Positions 18,058-27,609 are shown, counted from the stretch's first letter. The stretch: DNA of 64,000 nt from Candidatus Altimarinota bacterium (GCA_965250085.1 OZ252287.1:192001-256000), one strand, 5' to 3'. The notes: a model not told the origin generated them from the sequence alone. Program-made: numbers and translations.

Positions 18058-20198
18058 TGGCCAGTAATGCCATTAGAAACTGGTGTGAAGTGGCGATTAA
18101 ATATCGCTTCTGCTTGGCCTTTAACACTTTCTGAAGCGCTTCGTACGGCTTGTATCCATGTAGCAGAGATTTCGTCTTGTTCTGGATATTCTTCTCTCAA
18201 GACGTGCTCAATATCAGTAATATATGAGCTAAAAATGTTCAAAAATTCTTCCGGCAGAAGATTTACATCTATTGGTCGACTCAAGTCATGTTGTCCGGTT
18301 CTGACAAATAAATACTGCGCAAAATTTAAAAGTGCATCAGTGATCATTTTTTTCTCCAGCACACTCTCTTTTGATTCTATAAATGAAAGAAATGTAGAAA
18401 AAATATCCTCGGGAGTTTTTGGATCAAAATCAAAAGAACTGAGGAAATCAACTTTTTCCAATTGTCCTGACATATTCATAAAGTTCACAAATCGCTGAGC
18501 ATCACTGGGGATGTGTCCTCCAGAGATGTTCTCCAGCGCATTCTGAATATGCTCTGCGCGAGGAGCATCGTGTATCACCATGCTTGAAATTGCTGTATAC
18601 CTTATATCTTTCCAATCGCTCTGAGAACTGTTTGCCAGCAAGAATCCTTCAGAGTTGCAATTCAGAAAACTAGATCCCCTCCTTTTTATTTGAGGAGTAT
18701 TCCCTCCCCAGGAAAATACGCTCTCCTCCGCTTCACCAGGAACACATTGATTGGGAGCAGAAAGGTTTTGAATACAACATTCTCCATACGGATCGCATTG
18801 CTCGGATGCGGTTCCAGCAGTATTGGGATCATAAAGTCTATTATATTCCACCATTTGAGAAGCGGGATATTCTTCTGTAGGATTGGAGCCTTTCAAAAGA
18901 GAACAGTCTTCCGCCGTTTCAAAAGAACTCACAAGTCTTCCATTGATTTTGTTAAGAAGAAGCGTGTCAGTAGGAAAATCTGAAAGAGTAACGCTTTCGA
19001 TGACATCTACCGGTTTCTGCCACGAACGTACTACCTGAAGAGTTTGTTCTTCCAAAATTGTATTTATTTCTTTGAACGCTTCTCTCGTCAGAATATCCAG
19101 AGTGGTTATCAGTTTTGGCACGGTGTCCACTTGGCTTTCACTCCATCTCCCAGAGTTTGTAACTCGCTCTTGCAATTCACTGGAAGTAGAAGGAATCGCT
19201 TGCAGATATTCTGGCAGTATTTGACGAATCTGTTGGCGCGTATGAATATCTGGAATGAAGAATTCATCATTCTCCTGACTCTCCAGTCCTTCCGGCAAGC
19301 CATCATCTTCATCAATCAGTCCATCACCATCATTATCTTCTAAATCAAAAAGGTCTTCATCGATTTTTCCATCATTGTCATCATCAATTCCTTCAGAGTC
19401 ATTAATACTTGAATGTAATTCCTCTTGAAGCTTTTTGAGCAAATTTTTGTTATATCTCTTGTAAGCTATATCCTCTGCATACTCTTGAGTGAGCTCATAC
19501 TGGTCGAGTGAAAAAGAAGAAATACTTCCTTGCTCATCTGTAAAATCCGCATAGAGAACTTCATCATTGTAGGGCGCTTCTCCGTTTTTAAGCGCCTGAT
19601 GATAGGTATGATTACGATCGAAGTATGCAGAAATATCTTCTTCGCTTCCTCTTATGACCCCATGCCATACTTCTGCGGTTATGGAAGACGACTCTTCATT
19701 TGGAGTGAATACCTGCGATTCTTCATTCCAAAGAAATGCTGGGTCTTCAAAGTCAATGTAGGGGAACACAGAAACGAAAGGCAAATTCCCCTGTATTGTA
19801 GGAAGTGGAATATCTCCTATGAGGACAATGCCTTTGAGAAAAGAAACAGTGGCATCTTTTTGATATCCTTCCAGATACATCTTCTCGAGTACTTTGTAGA
19901 GATTGAGCGAATTTTCTTCAGAAGACACGGGGAGCACGAGTGTTTTTGTATTCCCAAGTGCATCTTGTACATCTCGGGCGTACCGATACACTTTTCCCGT
20001 AATGCTTTCTTCACTGTCTTCCTTTCCTGCTGTATACCACTGGGCATCCGCAAATATTACTACGAGGTCATACTCTGCATCAGCCCCCTGACTCTTCACA
20101 TTGTCAAACTGCCATGAGTGAGGAAAAATCAGCACGGTAATCAGCAGAGCCGCCACAAATTTCTTAAAAGCCGAAAATGCTGTTTGTTTCTGTATCAA
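18018..20198 (-). CDS. Secreted protein, probable N-terminal part of the giant surface protein
   Basis: Signal peptide, GIVLIGDIPLP motif, DDDNDGKIDED/DNDGDGLIDED Ca-binding repeats, Cys cluster; overlaps the downstream ORF by 40 bp in the -1 frame. Confidence 0.85.
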   Translation of the reverse strand: MIQKQTAFSAFKKFVAALLITVLIFPHSWQFDNVKSQGADAEYDLVVIFADAQWYTAGKEDSEESITGKVYRYARDVQDALGNTKTLVLPVSSEENSLNLYKVLEKMYLEGYQKDATVSFLKGIVLIGDIPLPTIQGNLPFVSVFPYIDFEDPAFLWNEESQVFTPNEESSSITAEVWHGVIRGSEEDISAYFDRNHTYHQALKNGEAPYNDEVLYADFTDEQGSISSFSLDQYELTQEYAEDIAYKRYNKNLLKKLQEELHSSINDSEGIDDDNDGKIDEDLFDLEDNDGDGLIDEDDGLPEGLESQENDEFFIPDIHTRQQIRQILPEYLQAIPSTSSELQERVTNSGRWSESQVDTVPKLITTLDILTREAFKEINTILEEQTLQVVRSWQKPVDVIESVTLSDFPTDTLLLNKINGRLVSSFETAEDCSLLKGSNPTEEYPASQMVEYNRLYDPNTAGTASEQCDPYGECCIQNLSAPNQCVPGEAEESVFSWGGNTPQIKRRGSSFLNCNSEGFLLANSSQSDWKDIRYTAISSMVIHDAPRAEHIQNALENISGGHIPSDAQRFVNFMNMSGQLEKVDFLSSFDFDPKTPEDIFSTFLSFIESKESVLEKKMITDALLNFAQYLFVRTGQHDLSRPIDVNLLPEEFLNIFSSYITDIEHVLREEYPEQDEISATWIQAVRSASESVKGQAEAIFNRHFTPVSNGITGQWKRMFLTFLNEK

Positions 20199-20221
20199 TG
20201 TATATTTTTATGCATCCGTAC

Positions 20222-20230
20222 AGTATACCA
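20222..20230 (-). promoter_or_regulatory. Extended -10 promoter for the surface locus
   Basis: TGGTATACT about 25 nt upstream of the TTG start. Confidence 0.45.
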
Positions 20231-20338
20231 AAAATAATACCCTTGAAGAAGGGTTTTACCTCTTTTTAGAGCCAAAAATCACAATTTTTAATTGATAAAA
20301 CACTTAAAAATGTCAAAATATCCATAATTTAAAAAAAT

Positions 20339-21430
20339 TTAGAAGAAATTTGGCAGAAGAAGCTTGCATTTTCCTTTCTCTCCATCTACTGATTTTTCAA
20401 TTTTATTTCTCACAGAAGCTGTTTTCTTCTTGAGAGACCTATATTTTTTACGAAGATTTGTGTCTGTTATTTTGTTATGAAATAAACAATCTGAGAGATT
20501 TGCACTCTGCAGAAAATCAGAAATTTTGGGACGTGATGCAAATGCCAAAAACGGTGTTGCAGAGAGCATACTCAGGATCGCTCCGTGAAGGCGATTGGTT
20601 ACTACAAATTTTGCAGAAGTGATGCTTTTGCGCACTTCATCTAAATCCTTGGCTGTTAACAGGGGTATTCCCCACTCTTCTGCCAAAAAAGCGTCTTTTG
20701 TTTGCTCTGTTTGTAACGGAAGAAGCGAAACTTGTTCTCCATTTTTTTGTAAATATCTTGCAAATTTTCTTATTTCTGCAAGCTCCCGGGGAGCAAAATC
20801 TTCTTTTCTGAGTATAAAGAAGATGCCTTTTTTCTGAACATATGGTTTCTTTTTTTCCGGCAATAAAAAACTAAAGTCTGTGGAGAGATTGATTCTTTGT
20901 TCTGAGACACCCATTTTTTTGAGAATTTTATATGAAGCTTCATCTCTCAGAGAAAAAAATGACACATGGGCAAAGAGTTTTTGCGTTCTCTTCTTCGCAT
21001 GTTCAGAAACAAATGGTCCTAATGAATTACCGGCAAGGAGTATCTTTTTATCCTCTCGAATACATTTTGTGAGATAAGAATTCCAAATTTTGAGAGCCTT
21101 TTTGGGTTGCTCTTGGAAAAGCCCTCCTCCTCCAAAAATCACATAATTGGCTTTTTCTAAAGCTCTATATGCTTTTTTAGAGTCCCCAGTATATGCTCTC
21201 CATATCTTCGAACACACACCTGAGTGCAAATGAGGTGCAGAAGAGACTTTATGATGACTCCTAGTAAATGCAGGCTGGTGAGACATTACTGTCACCTTCC
21301 ATTTCTTTTGGTCAATGCGTTTGAGTAAACCAGCCAAAATGGCCTCATCCCCCCAATTAGGAACCCCATAGTGCCCGATGATAAGGATATTATTATGAGA
21401 GCTATGTTTCATCAAAACAGAGTCTTTCAC
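20339..21430 (-). CDS. csaB: Polysaccharide pyruvyl transferase (CsaB/WcaK family)
   Basis: GHYGVPNWGDEAIL, GGGGLFQE, SLRDEAS and RLHGAILS motifs. Confidence 0.88.
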   Translation of the reverse strand: MKDSVLMKHSSHNNILIIGHYGVPNWGDEAILAGLLKRIDQKKWKVTVMSHQPAFTRSHHKVSSAPHLHSGVCSKIWRAYTGDSKKAYRALEKANYVIFGGGGLFQEQPKKALKIWNSYLTKCIREDKKILLAGNSLGPFVSEHAKKRTQKLFAHVSFFSLRDEASYKILKKMGVSEQRINLSTDFSFLLPEKKKPYVQKKGIFFILRKEDFAPRELAEIRKFARYLQKNGEQVSLLPLQTEQTKDAFLAEEWGIPLLTAKDLDEVRKSITSAKFVVTNRLHGAILSMLSATPFLAFASRPKISDFLQSANLSDCLFHNKITDTNLRKKYRSLKKKTASVRNKIEKSVDGEKGKCKLLLPNFF

Positions 21431-21464
21431 ACTTCTTCTCTTGGTTCAACGCCTTCAATATGAA

Positions 21465-22187
21465 CTATTTTTTCTCTTCTGGCTTCTCCTTCTCTTCTTT
21501 TACTTCTGTTTTTTCTTTTGGCGTTTCTGGCTTTTTTTCGGTCTCTTCCTTTTTCACTGCTGCTTTCTTGTCTGTCGAAGCTTCAGCGGAGGCGGATTCT
21601 TCTTTTGATTCCGTCTTTTCTTCAGACTTGTCAGTTTTCTTGTCCTCTGTAGCCTTAGCAGAGGAAGATGCTTCTTCTTTTTGATTTTTTGAAGGTGTTT
21701 CTTGTTCGGCTTTTCCCTCTTCCCCTGATTCTTCAGCTTTCTTTGCTTCCTCTTCTTTTTTATGTTCTACAGCCTCTTCCACCTCTTCCTCCGTGACCTC
21801 ATGTGGAGCCAGAGCAGTGAGCTCAGATTCAGAGAAAAATCTCTCTTGTAAACGAGCGGATTTCCCACTTCTATCTCTCATAAAAAAGATACGCGAACGA
21901 CGAACTTTTGCTTCTTTAATGAGCTCTATCTTTTGAATAAATGGAGAATGCACAGGAAACACTTTCTCTACTCCAGTTCCATCTACAATCCTGCGCACTG
22001 TGACAGATCCAGTGATACCTGCTCCTCCACTTACCTCAATAATGAGTCCCTCAAATATTTGAATACGCTCTTTTCCTCCTTCTTTAATGCGCTGATGTAC
22101 TCGAACGGTTTGTCCAGTTCTAAACTGAGGAAGGTTCTTTTTGACTCCGACTTCCTTTTGGAGATCATGAAGAGTAACGGTTCCCAT
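21465..22187 (-). CDS. rplS: 50S ribosomal protein L19 with long charged C-terminal extension
   Basis: IKEGGKERIQIFEG, GVEKVFPVHSP, KVRRSRIFFMR followed by an E/K-rich tail. Confidence 0.95.
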   Translation of the reverse strand: MGTVTLHDLQKEVGVKKNLPQFRTGQTVRVHQRIKEGGKERIQIFEGLIIEVSGGAGITGSVTVRRIVDGTGVEKVFPVHSPFIQKIELIKEAKVRRSRIFFMRDRSGKSARLQERFFSESELTALAPHEVTEEEVEEAVEHKKEEEAKKAEESGEEGKAEQETPSKNQKEEASSSAKATEDKKTDKSEEKTESKEESASAEASTDKKAAVKKEETEKKPETPKEKTEVKEEKEKPEEKK

Positions 22188-22208
22188 TGTGTTTACAAAT
22201 AAAATTTA

Positions 22209-22838
22209 TTATTTTTGTGTCTTTTGGATATCTTTGGAAAGCTTGTTGATAGCGATCACATTTCCTTCATCTTGGAGGAGATGCGTTACAAATTTATCAT
22301 TGCATTCCAGTCGATATAAAAAGTCACTTTTACTCAGCACTGTAAACCGAACTGGCTTGTCGTGCTTAAGATCTTGCGAAGTGTAATGGCTGAGTTTTTC
22401 CTTGTCAACATCTCCTACCACAAAGAGGTCTATGGGAGCAGATTCGTCTCCAATAAAGATTCCTGAAAGAACCAGAAGATCTATTTTACCCATTTTAGAG
22501 ACTTTTTTGACGACTTCTCCCCCAGATGCATCGTCTTTTTGAAAAATGGAAGTAAGTTCTGAATAGATTAAAAAAGTGGGGTCGAGGTAAAAATACTTCT
22601 TTCGATCTCGATTTCGTGCTTTGAGCAGTCCAATACGCTTGAGATTATTGAGTTCCCTTCGTACTGAATTAATTTGCTCATCCAGCATTCGTGTTAACTC
22701 ACGAATAAAATACTCCTGATCAGGATTTAAGAGAAAGGTTTTTAAGAGCTTTATTCGAGTGGTGGAGGAAAAGAGAGATTTGAGTATTCCGTTTGCGGCC
22801 ATAATAGAGAATGGTAAAGATTTAGGAAATATCATCAA
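22209..22838 (-). CDS. Winged-helix regulator with C-terminal nucleotidyltransferase-like region
   Basis: LFSSTTRIKLL...YFIRELTR...NSVRRELNNL wHTH; SG...IDLFVVG motif. Confidence 0.75.
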   Translation of the reverse strand: MMIFPKSLPFSIMAANGILKSLFSSTTRIKLLKTFLLNPDQEYFIRELTRMLDEQINSVRRELNNLKRIGLLKARNRDRKKYFYLDPTFLIYSELTSIFQKDDASGGEVVKKVSKMGKIDLLVLSGIFIGDESAPIDLFVVGDVDKEKLSHYTSQDLKHDKPVRFTVLSKSDFLYRLECNDKFVTHLLQDEGNVIAINKLSKDIQKTQK

Positions 22839-23063
22839 AATTTATCGTGCACATATTTTATGCATATTTAAATTTTGAATGCAATACTTTTTTTCAAAAA
22901 ATATTATATATTGGCTTTCTTTCATTATATTTGATGTGTATTTTTTTGATTCATGATCACTTTCTCAGATCAAAATGATGTTCATTCTTGTATACATTTT
23001 TTATTCATATAGAAAAAGAATGCTCTAATTGCCTTCTCTTATTTTCTCCTCTATTCTAATAAT

Positions 23064-23720
23064 ATGCGTATTATTACAAATATATCACAGATTCAAGACA
23101 CACTACAAAGATTCCCTCGTTCTTGTTTGTTAGTAGTAACCAAAGGAAGAAGTGCCTCAGAAATACAAAGTGTTCTCGATGCCGGATGCTATCAAATTGG
23201 AGAAAATAGAATACAAGAAATAGAAAAAAAGCAGAGTCCCCTCCTCGCTTCAGCAGATATTCACCTTATTGGTCATCTTCAAACAAATAAAGTGAAAAAG
23301 GCAGTGCAATACTGTGATATCATTCAAAGCATTGACTCCTTTCGCCTTGCAAAAAAGGTGAATGATGAGTCGGGCAAGCAAAAAAAAGTGACCTCTGTTT
23401 TTCTGCAAATAAATATTTCTCGAGAAGAACAGAAGTACGGATTTTTACCAGAAGAAATCTTAGAGATGTATACAAAAATTGATCAATTAAAGCATCTCAA
23501 AATAAAAGGGCTCATGTGTCTCCCTAAATATAGTTTAAAAGCCGAAAAATCAAGAAAATATTTTAAAAAAATGTACGGAATGTATACAAAAATTATTCAA
23601 AAATTTAATCTCGATATTCTTTCTTTTGAGCTCTCCATGGGAACGAGTCATGACTATCGTATTGCTCTTGAGGAGGGTTCTACTTTGATTCGAGTGGGAA
23701 GAGGAATCTTTGAAGAATAA
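23064..23720 (+). CDS. yggS: YggS family PLP homeostasis protein
   Basis: VTK, GENRIQE, HLIGHLQTNK, LSMGTSHDY, GST.IRVG motifs. Confidence 0.95.
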   Translation: MRIITNISQIQDTLQRFPRSCLLVVTKGRSASEIQSVLDAGCYQIGENRIQEIEKKQSPLLASADIHLIGHLQTNKVKKAVQYCDIIQSIDSFRLAKKVNDESGKQKKVTSVFLQINISREEQKYGFLPEEILEMYTKIDQLKHLKIKGLMCLPKYSLKAEKSRKYFKKMYGMYTKIIQKFNLDILSFELSMGTSHDYRIALEEGSTLIRVGRGIFEE

Positions 23721-23797
23721 AATGACTCTCACAATATGTTTGTATGGAAAAATATTACTTTTTCCAGTATAATGACAGGAAATAAAAACAAAAAAAC

Positions 23798-24454
23798 ATG
23801 TCTCGATTTTTGGCCATACTTGCCTTTTTGTGCACCGCATTCCTTCTTTTTCAATTCTTCGGAGAAGAAAATGCTTCTTATTTTGAAGCTTCTTCTCTCT
23901 CTCAAGAAAGAGTCATTGTGGCTTTTGGAGATAGTTTGACCGAAGGATATGGACTCCCTGTAGATCAGAGTTACCCATCTCAGCTCGAGCGAAAACTCAT
24001 ACGAACAGGTTTTTTAAGAACTCATCTTCTCAATCTTGGTGTCAGTGGGGATACGACAAAAGGAGGGCTCAAAAGAATTAAAAGTGTCTTAAGAGCAAAT
24101 CCAGATATTGTAATCCTTGCCTTAGGGGCCAATGATGGACTCAGAAATATGAACATGCGAGAGACTGAGCAAAACCTCCGTGAAGCAATCCGAGTATTTC
24201 AAAAAGAAGGCATTGAGGTTCTTCTCGTCGGTATTGACTTTCCGTTTCTTATGGGAATATTGGGATATACAGGTGATTTTGAACAAATGTATGCAGATAT
24301 TTCAGAAGAATTTGATGTTCCTCTTGTCCCCAACATTCTAGAAGGTGTCATGGAGAAAGAAGAGCTCAATCTTATTGACGGAAAACACCCGAATGAAAAA
24401 GGGTATCAGATAGTGGCGGAAACCATATGGCAAGAGCTTAAAAAAATGCTCTAA
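23798..24454 (+). CDS. SGNH/GDSL arylesterase (TesA-like)
   Basis: GDSLTEG, GVSGDTT, GANDG, DGKHPN motifs. Confidence 0.93.
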   Translation: MSRFLAILAFLCTAFLLFQFFGEENASYFEASSLSQERVIVAFGDSLTEGYGLPVDQSYPSQLERKLIRTGFLRTHLLNLGVSGDTTKGGLKRIKSVLRANPDIVILALGANDGLRNMNMRETEQNLREAIRVFQKEGIEVLLVGIDFPFLMGILGYTGDFEQMYADISEEFDVPLVPNILEGVMEKEELNLIDGKHPNEKGYQIVAETIWQELKKML

Positions 24455-24458
24455 ATGA

Positions 24459-25433
24459 CTATGTTGCGTTCTCCCAATACTTCTTCAGATTTTCTTCAAT
24501 CCTCTCCGCTCCCCCCATTTCTGGTACAAATTCTTCTCCAGTAATGGTTTCAAACGCCTGCATATAACGCTTGCTGAGCTCTATCACGAGCTCTGGAGGA
24601 GCATCGGGGAGTATTGTATCGTTGTATGGATCTGAGTGGTTTACAAACCACAATCGTAAAAACTCTTTATCAAATGCATCTGGTTCTTCTCCAGTACTGA
24701 ATCGTTCCTGATAAGTAGATGCCTTCCAATAACGTGAAGAGTCGGGCGTGTGCACTTCATCTATGAGCATGATGCCCCCTTCTTCATCTTTCCCAAATTC
24801 ATATTTTGTGTCCACCAAAATAAACCCATTTTTTGCCGCAATCTCTGTTCCTCGATGAAATATTTTCAATGCTTTGCTGGAGACATAGTCCCATTCTTCT
24901 TGAGTCATTAGTCCTCTTTCCACAATTTCTGCCGGTGATATTTTTTCATCATGACCTTCTGCTTTTGTCGTGGGAGTTACGATGGGAGTTTCAAATTTTT
25001 GATTTTTTATGAGTCCTTCTGGCAGTTGTACTCCGCAAAAATCTCGCACTCCTTCTTTATAGTTCATCCAGGCCGAAGTGTCTGTCGTCCCCGTAATATA
25101 CCCTCTCACCACAAATTCAACTGGAAACACCGTTGCTGATTTGACCACTGATACATTCGGATCCGGCATAGCCACAATATGATTGGGAATAATGTCAGCT
25201 GTTTGCTGAAACCAGAAATTAGAAATACGATTGAGCACTTGGCCTTTAAACGGAATGGCAGCCAAAATACGATCAAACGCACTCTGACGATCAGTGGTGA
25301 CAATTACTCGTTTCCCCTCTATTTCATAAGTATCTCGTACTTTTCCTTGATGGAGTTTGGTTCCGAGAGAAAAATTAGTTTTTTCGATCACATCATCAAT
25401 GTGATCAGTAATAAAATCAGATGAAACGGTCAT
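24459..25433 (-). CDS. purC: SAICAR synthase
   Basis: GKVRD, DRQSAFD, DTKYEFG, DEVHTPDSSR, DKEFLR motifs. Confidence 0.96.
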   Translation of the reverse strand: MTVSSDFITDHIDDVIEKTNFSLGTKLHQGKVRDTYEIEGKRVIVTTDRQSAFDRILAAIPFKGQVLNRISNFWFQQTADIIPNHIVAMPDPNVSVVKSATVFPVEFVVRGYITGTTDTSAWMNYKEGVRDFCGVQLPEGLIKNQKFETPIVTPTTKAEGHDEKISPAEIVERGLMTQEEWDYVSSKALKIFHRGTEIAAKNGFILVDTKYEFGKDEEGGIMLIDEVHTPDSSRYWKASTYQERFSTGEEPDAFDKEFLRLWFVNHSDPYNDTILPDAPPELVIELSKRYMQAFETITGEEFVPEMGGAERIEENLKKYWENAT

Positions 25434-25504
25434 TTAAAAAATATTAAATTTTGAATTTTAAATTCGGAAGAGATTTTTACGGTTTTAGAGAGAGAAGTCA
25501 AAAT

Positions 25505-26932
25505 TTAGGTTTTTATCTTTTGAGCAGCATCCCTGAGAGCATCTCTGAGTCCTTCTTCTACGGTCGGATGATAAAATGGCATATCCAGCATTTCCGAAAG
25601 AATCATCTCATTTTGATGTGCCCACGCGAGAAGATGAGAAATATTTTCAGCTTTTGGTCCCATCATTTCTGCTCCGAGAAGTCGTCCTGTTTTTTTATCT
25701 GCATAGAGATGAAGCAAGCCTTTGTTTTTTGCCATAACCTGACTCCTTCCTTGTTTTTCAAAATTGACTTCTCCAGTGACAAAGCTTCTCTCTTGGAGAT
25801 CTTTGTAACTTGATCCCAGCGTCGCAATTTGTGGATCGGTGAAGACGACTGCGAGCTTTGATCTTCTTTGTCCCGACTGTACATCTGGAAATCTACCAGC
25901 GTTATCTCCGGCAATAATTCCCTCATCTGCGGCTTCATGGAGGAGTTGAAGCTCTCCATTGGCATCTCCAGCCAGAAATATATGACTCTCGCCGCACTGC
26001 ATGGTTTGAGGACTATAGAGCGGTACACCTTTGTCGTTCAACTGGAGTCCTGATTTTTCTATATCTAAATTCTTTACATTTGCAAAACGCCCAGTTGCTG
26101 CCAGAACATATTCATAGACGGCTGTTTTTTCCTCATTCGTTTTTTTGTTTCTATAATGCATCTGCACTCCATCTTTTACCTCTGTGACGTCCAAAACTTC
26201 CGCTTGTGATGTCAGGTCGAGCTCCTCAGAAAATATCTTGGTGGCGTATTCTTGCAGATCTGGATCACTGAGAGTGGTGATGCGCCCACTTCTGCCAAAA
26301 AGAGTGACTCTTACTCCAAGGCGATGAAGAGCTTGTCCGAGCTCCATAGCAATAATACCTGTTCCAAAGACAGCAACAGATACCGGTAGATCTTCCCAAT
26401 AAAACACGTCATCATTGGTAATGACTCTCTTTTTTTTCCTCCCTTGTAAAGGGAGGCTAGGTGGGTTTATATCTTTTAAAAATCCAGGAATGATCGAATC
26501 CGATCCAGTGGCAATTACAATACGATCCGCTTGAACAGTTGTGTGATCATCCACTTGGAGTGTGTGTGGATCCAGAAATTTTGCATATCCAGTAATCCGA
26601 TGCTCAGCAGGAATGTCTTCTACGGCTTTCAGCACAAAACTCACAAAAAAATCCCTCATCTCTCGTACACGCTTCATCACTTCCTTTCCGTTTATATGGA
26701 TTTTGCCATCCAAGTGCACGCCAAATTGATCTGAAGTTTGCATTTCATGCACCTTTTCTGCCGCCGCAATCAGCAATTTACTCGGCATGCATCCCACTCT
26801 GGCACACGTCGTCCCATAAGAACCTCCATTAATAATCACTATTTTATCGGTATGTTGAATCGCAGAGTGATATGCTCGTGATCCAGCAGTCCCATGACCA
26901 ATAATTGCTACATCTACCAAAAGTTCTTTCAT
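25505..26932 (-). CDS. Dihydrolipoyl dehydrogenase-family flavoprotein disulfide reductase
   Basis: GHGTAG, TTCARVGCMPSK, YHPTVEE; carries an in-frame palindromic insertion near 26435-26468. Confidence 0.9.
   Translation of the reverse strand: MKELLVDVAIIGHGTAGSRAYHSAIQHTDKIVIINGGSYGTTCARVGCMPSKLLIAAAEKVHEMQTSDQFGVHLDGKIHINGKEVMKRVREMRDFFVSFVLKAVEDIPAEHRITGYAKFLDPHTLQVDDHTTVQADRIVIATGSDSIIPGFLKDINPPSLPLQGRKKKRVITNDDVFYWEDLPVSVAVFGTGIIAMELGQALHRLGVRVTLFGRSGRITTLSDPDLQEYATKIFSEELDLTSQAEVLDVTEVKDGVQMHYRNKKTNEEKTAVYEYVLAATGRFANVKNLDIEKSGLQLNDKGVPLYSPQTMQCGESHIFLAGDANGELQLLHEAADEGIIAGDNAGRFPDVQSGQRRSKLAVVFTDPQIATLGSSYKDLQERSFVTGEVNFEKQGRSQVMAKNKGLLHLYADKKTGRLLGAEMMGPKAENISHLLAWAHQNEMILSEMLDMPFYHPTVEEGLRDALRDAAQKIKT
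26435..26468 (-). repeat. Small palindromic element (family B), in-frame within a CDS
   Basis: AAACCCACCTAG-CCTCCCTT-TAC-AAGGGAGG, encoding NPPSLPLQGR; related to 42452-42490 and 32661-32722. Confidence 0.65.
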
Positions 26933-27135
26933 GCAAAAGAAGATAGTGATCCCATGCTACAATTATTTTTGTCCCTTGGTAAGGTCTTTGATGGTGAATT
27001 TAGACGAACCAGAGGTGGGAGTAAATTGTTGGCGAACATTAGTTTGTAGGTGCAGGGGCAGAAAATTTTGAACGCCTATGTTTTCCAAACTTTAAAGGAC
27101 AGAGCAATCCTTTTTAAAGGGGAGGTTTTCTTTAT

Positions 27136-27165
27136 TTGACATATGAATTTCTTAAAGCATAGAAT
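27136..27165 (+). promoter_or_regulatory. Sigma70 promoter
   Basis: TTGACA-18 nt-TAGAAT upstream of the orphan at 27189. Confidence 0.65.
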
Positions 27166-27188
27166 GCAGATGCTTTGATTCCTGAAAA

Positions 27189-27542
27189 ATGATGAATGAA
27201 AATGAAGTAGGACTTGGCTCCGCTCAAGAAGCATCAGAGAGATCAGCACAAACTCCAGAAGATATAGGAGAAGCTATTTCGGGAAATCGAAGCGATGTGA
27301 ACTTAATAACGGAAGGATCAGAGGAAAGTTCAGATAATTCACCATCCTTGTTACCTATTGCAGATGCTCTAAGAGCCCGCAGGCAAAATGTCCCACCAGA
27401 AAGAGAAGCTGTCATAGATCGGATAATGTGTAGGCTGGGATATGATTCACTCTTAAGATTTGGCGAAATAAGTATTTATGAGTACGAGAGAATAAGGAAA
27501 GAGGTCGAATGGAATACTCCTTGGCCTCACTTAAAATTTTAA
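27189..27542 (+). CDS. Hypothetical protein (orphan, low-complexity N-terminus)
   Basis: 117 aa ORF with its own promoter. Confidence 0.7.
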   Translation: MMNENEVGLGSAQEASERSAQTPEDIGEAISGNRSDVNLITEGSEESSDNSPSLLPIADALRARRQNVPPEREAVIDRIMCRLGYDSLLRFGEISIYEYERIRKEVEWNTPWPHLKF

Positions 27543-27609
27543 GGAGAACTTCTTGTAGACTATGTCAGGACTTTAGTACACTCTGCTATGAGTATTTTTT
27601 TGAATGCAC

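Noticed and set aside
8622-20117. Many 60-200 aa antisense or alternate-frame ORFs within the giant genes (and elsewhere in the ORF track)
   Set aside because: They are fully nested in well-supported genes, have no recognisable motifs and are expected shadow ORFs.
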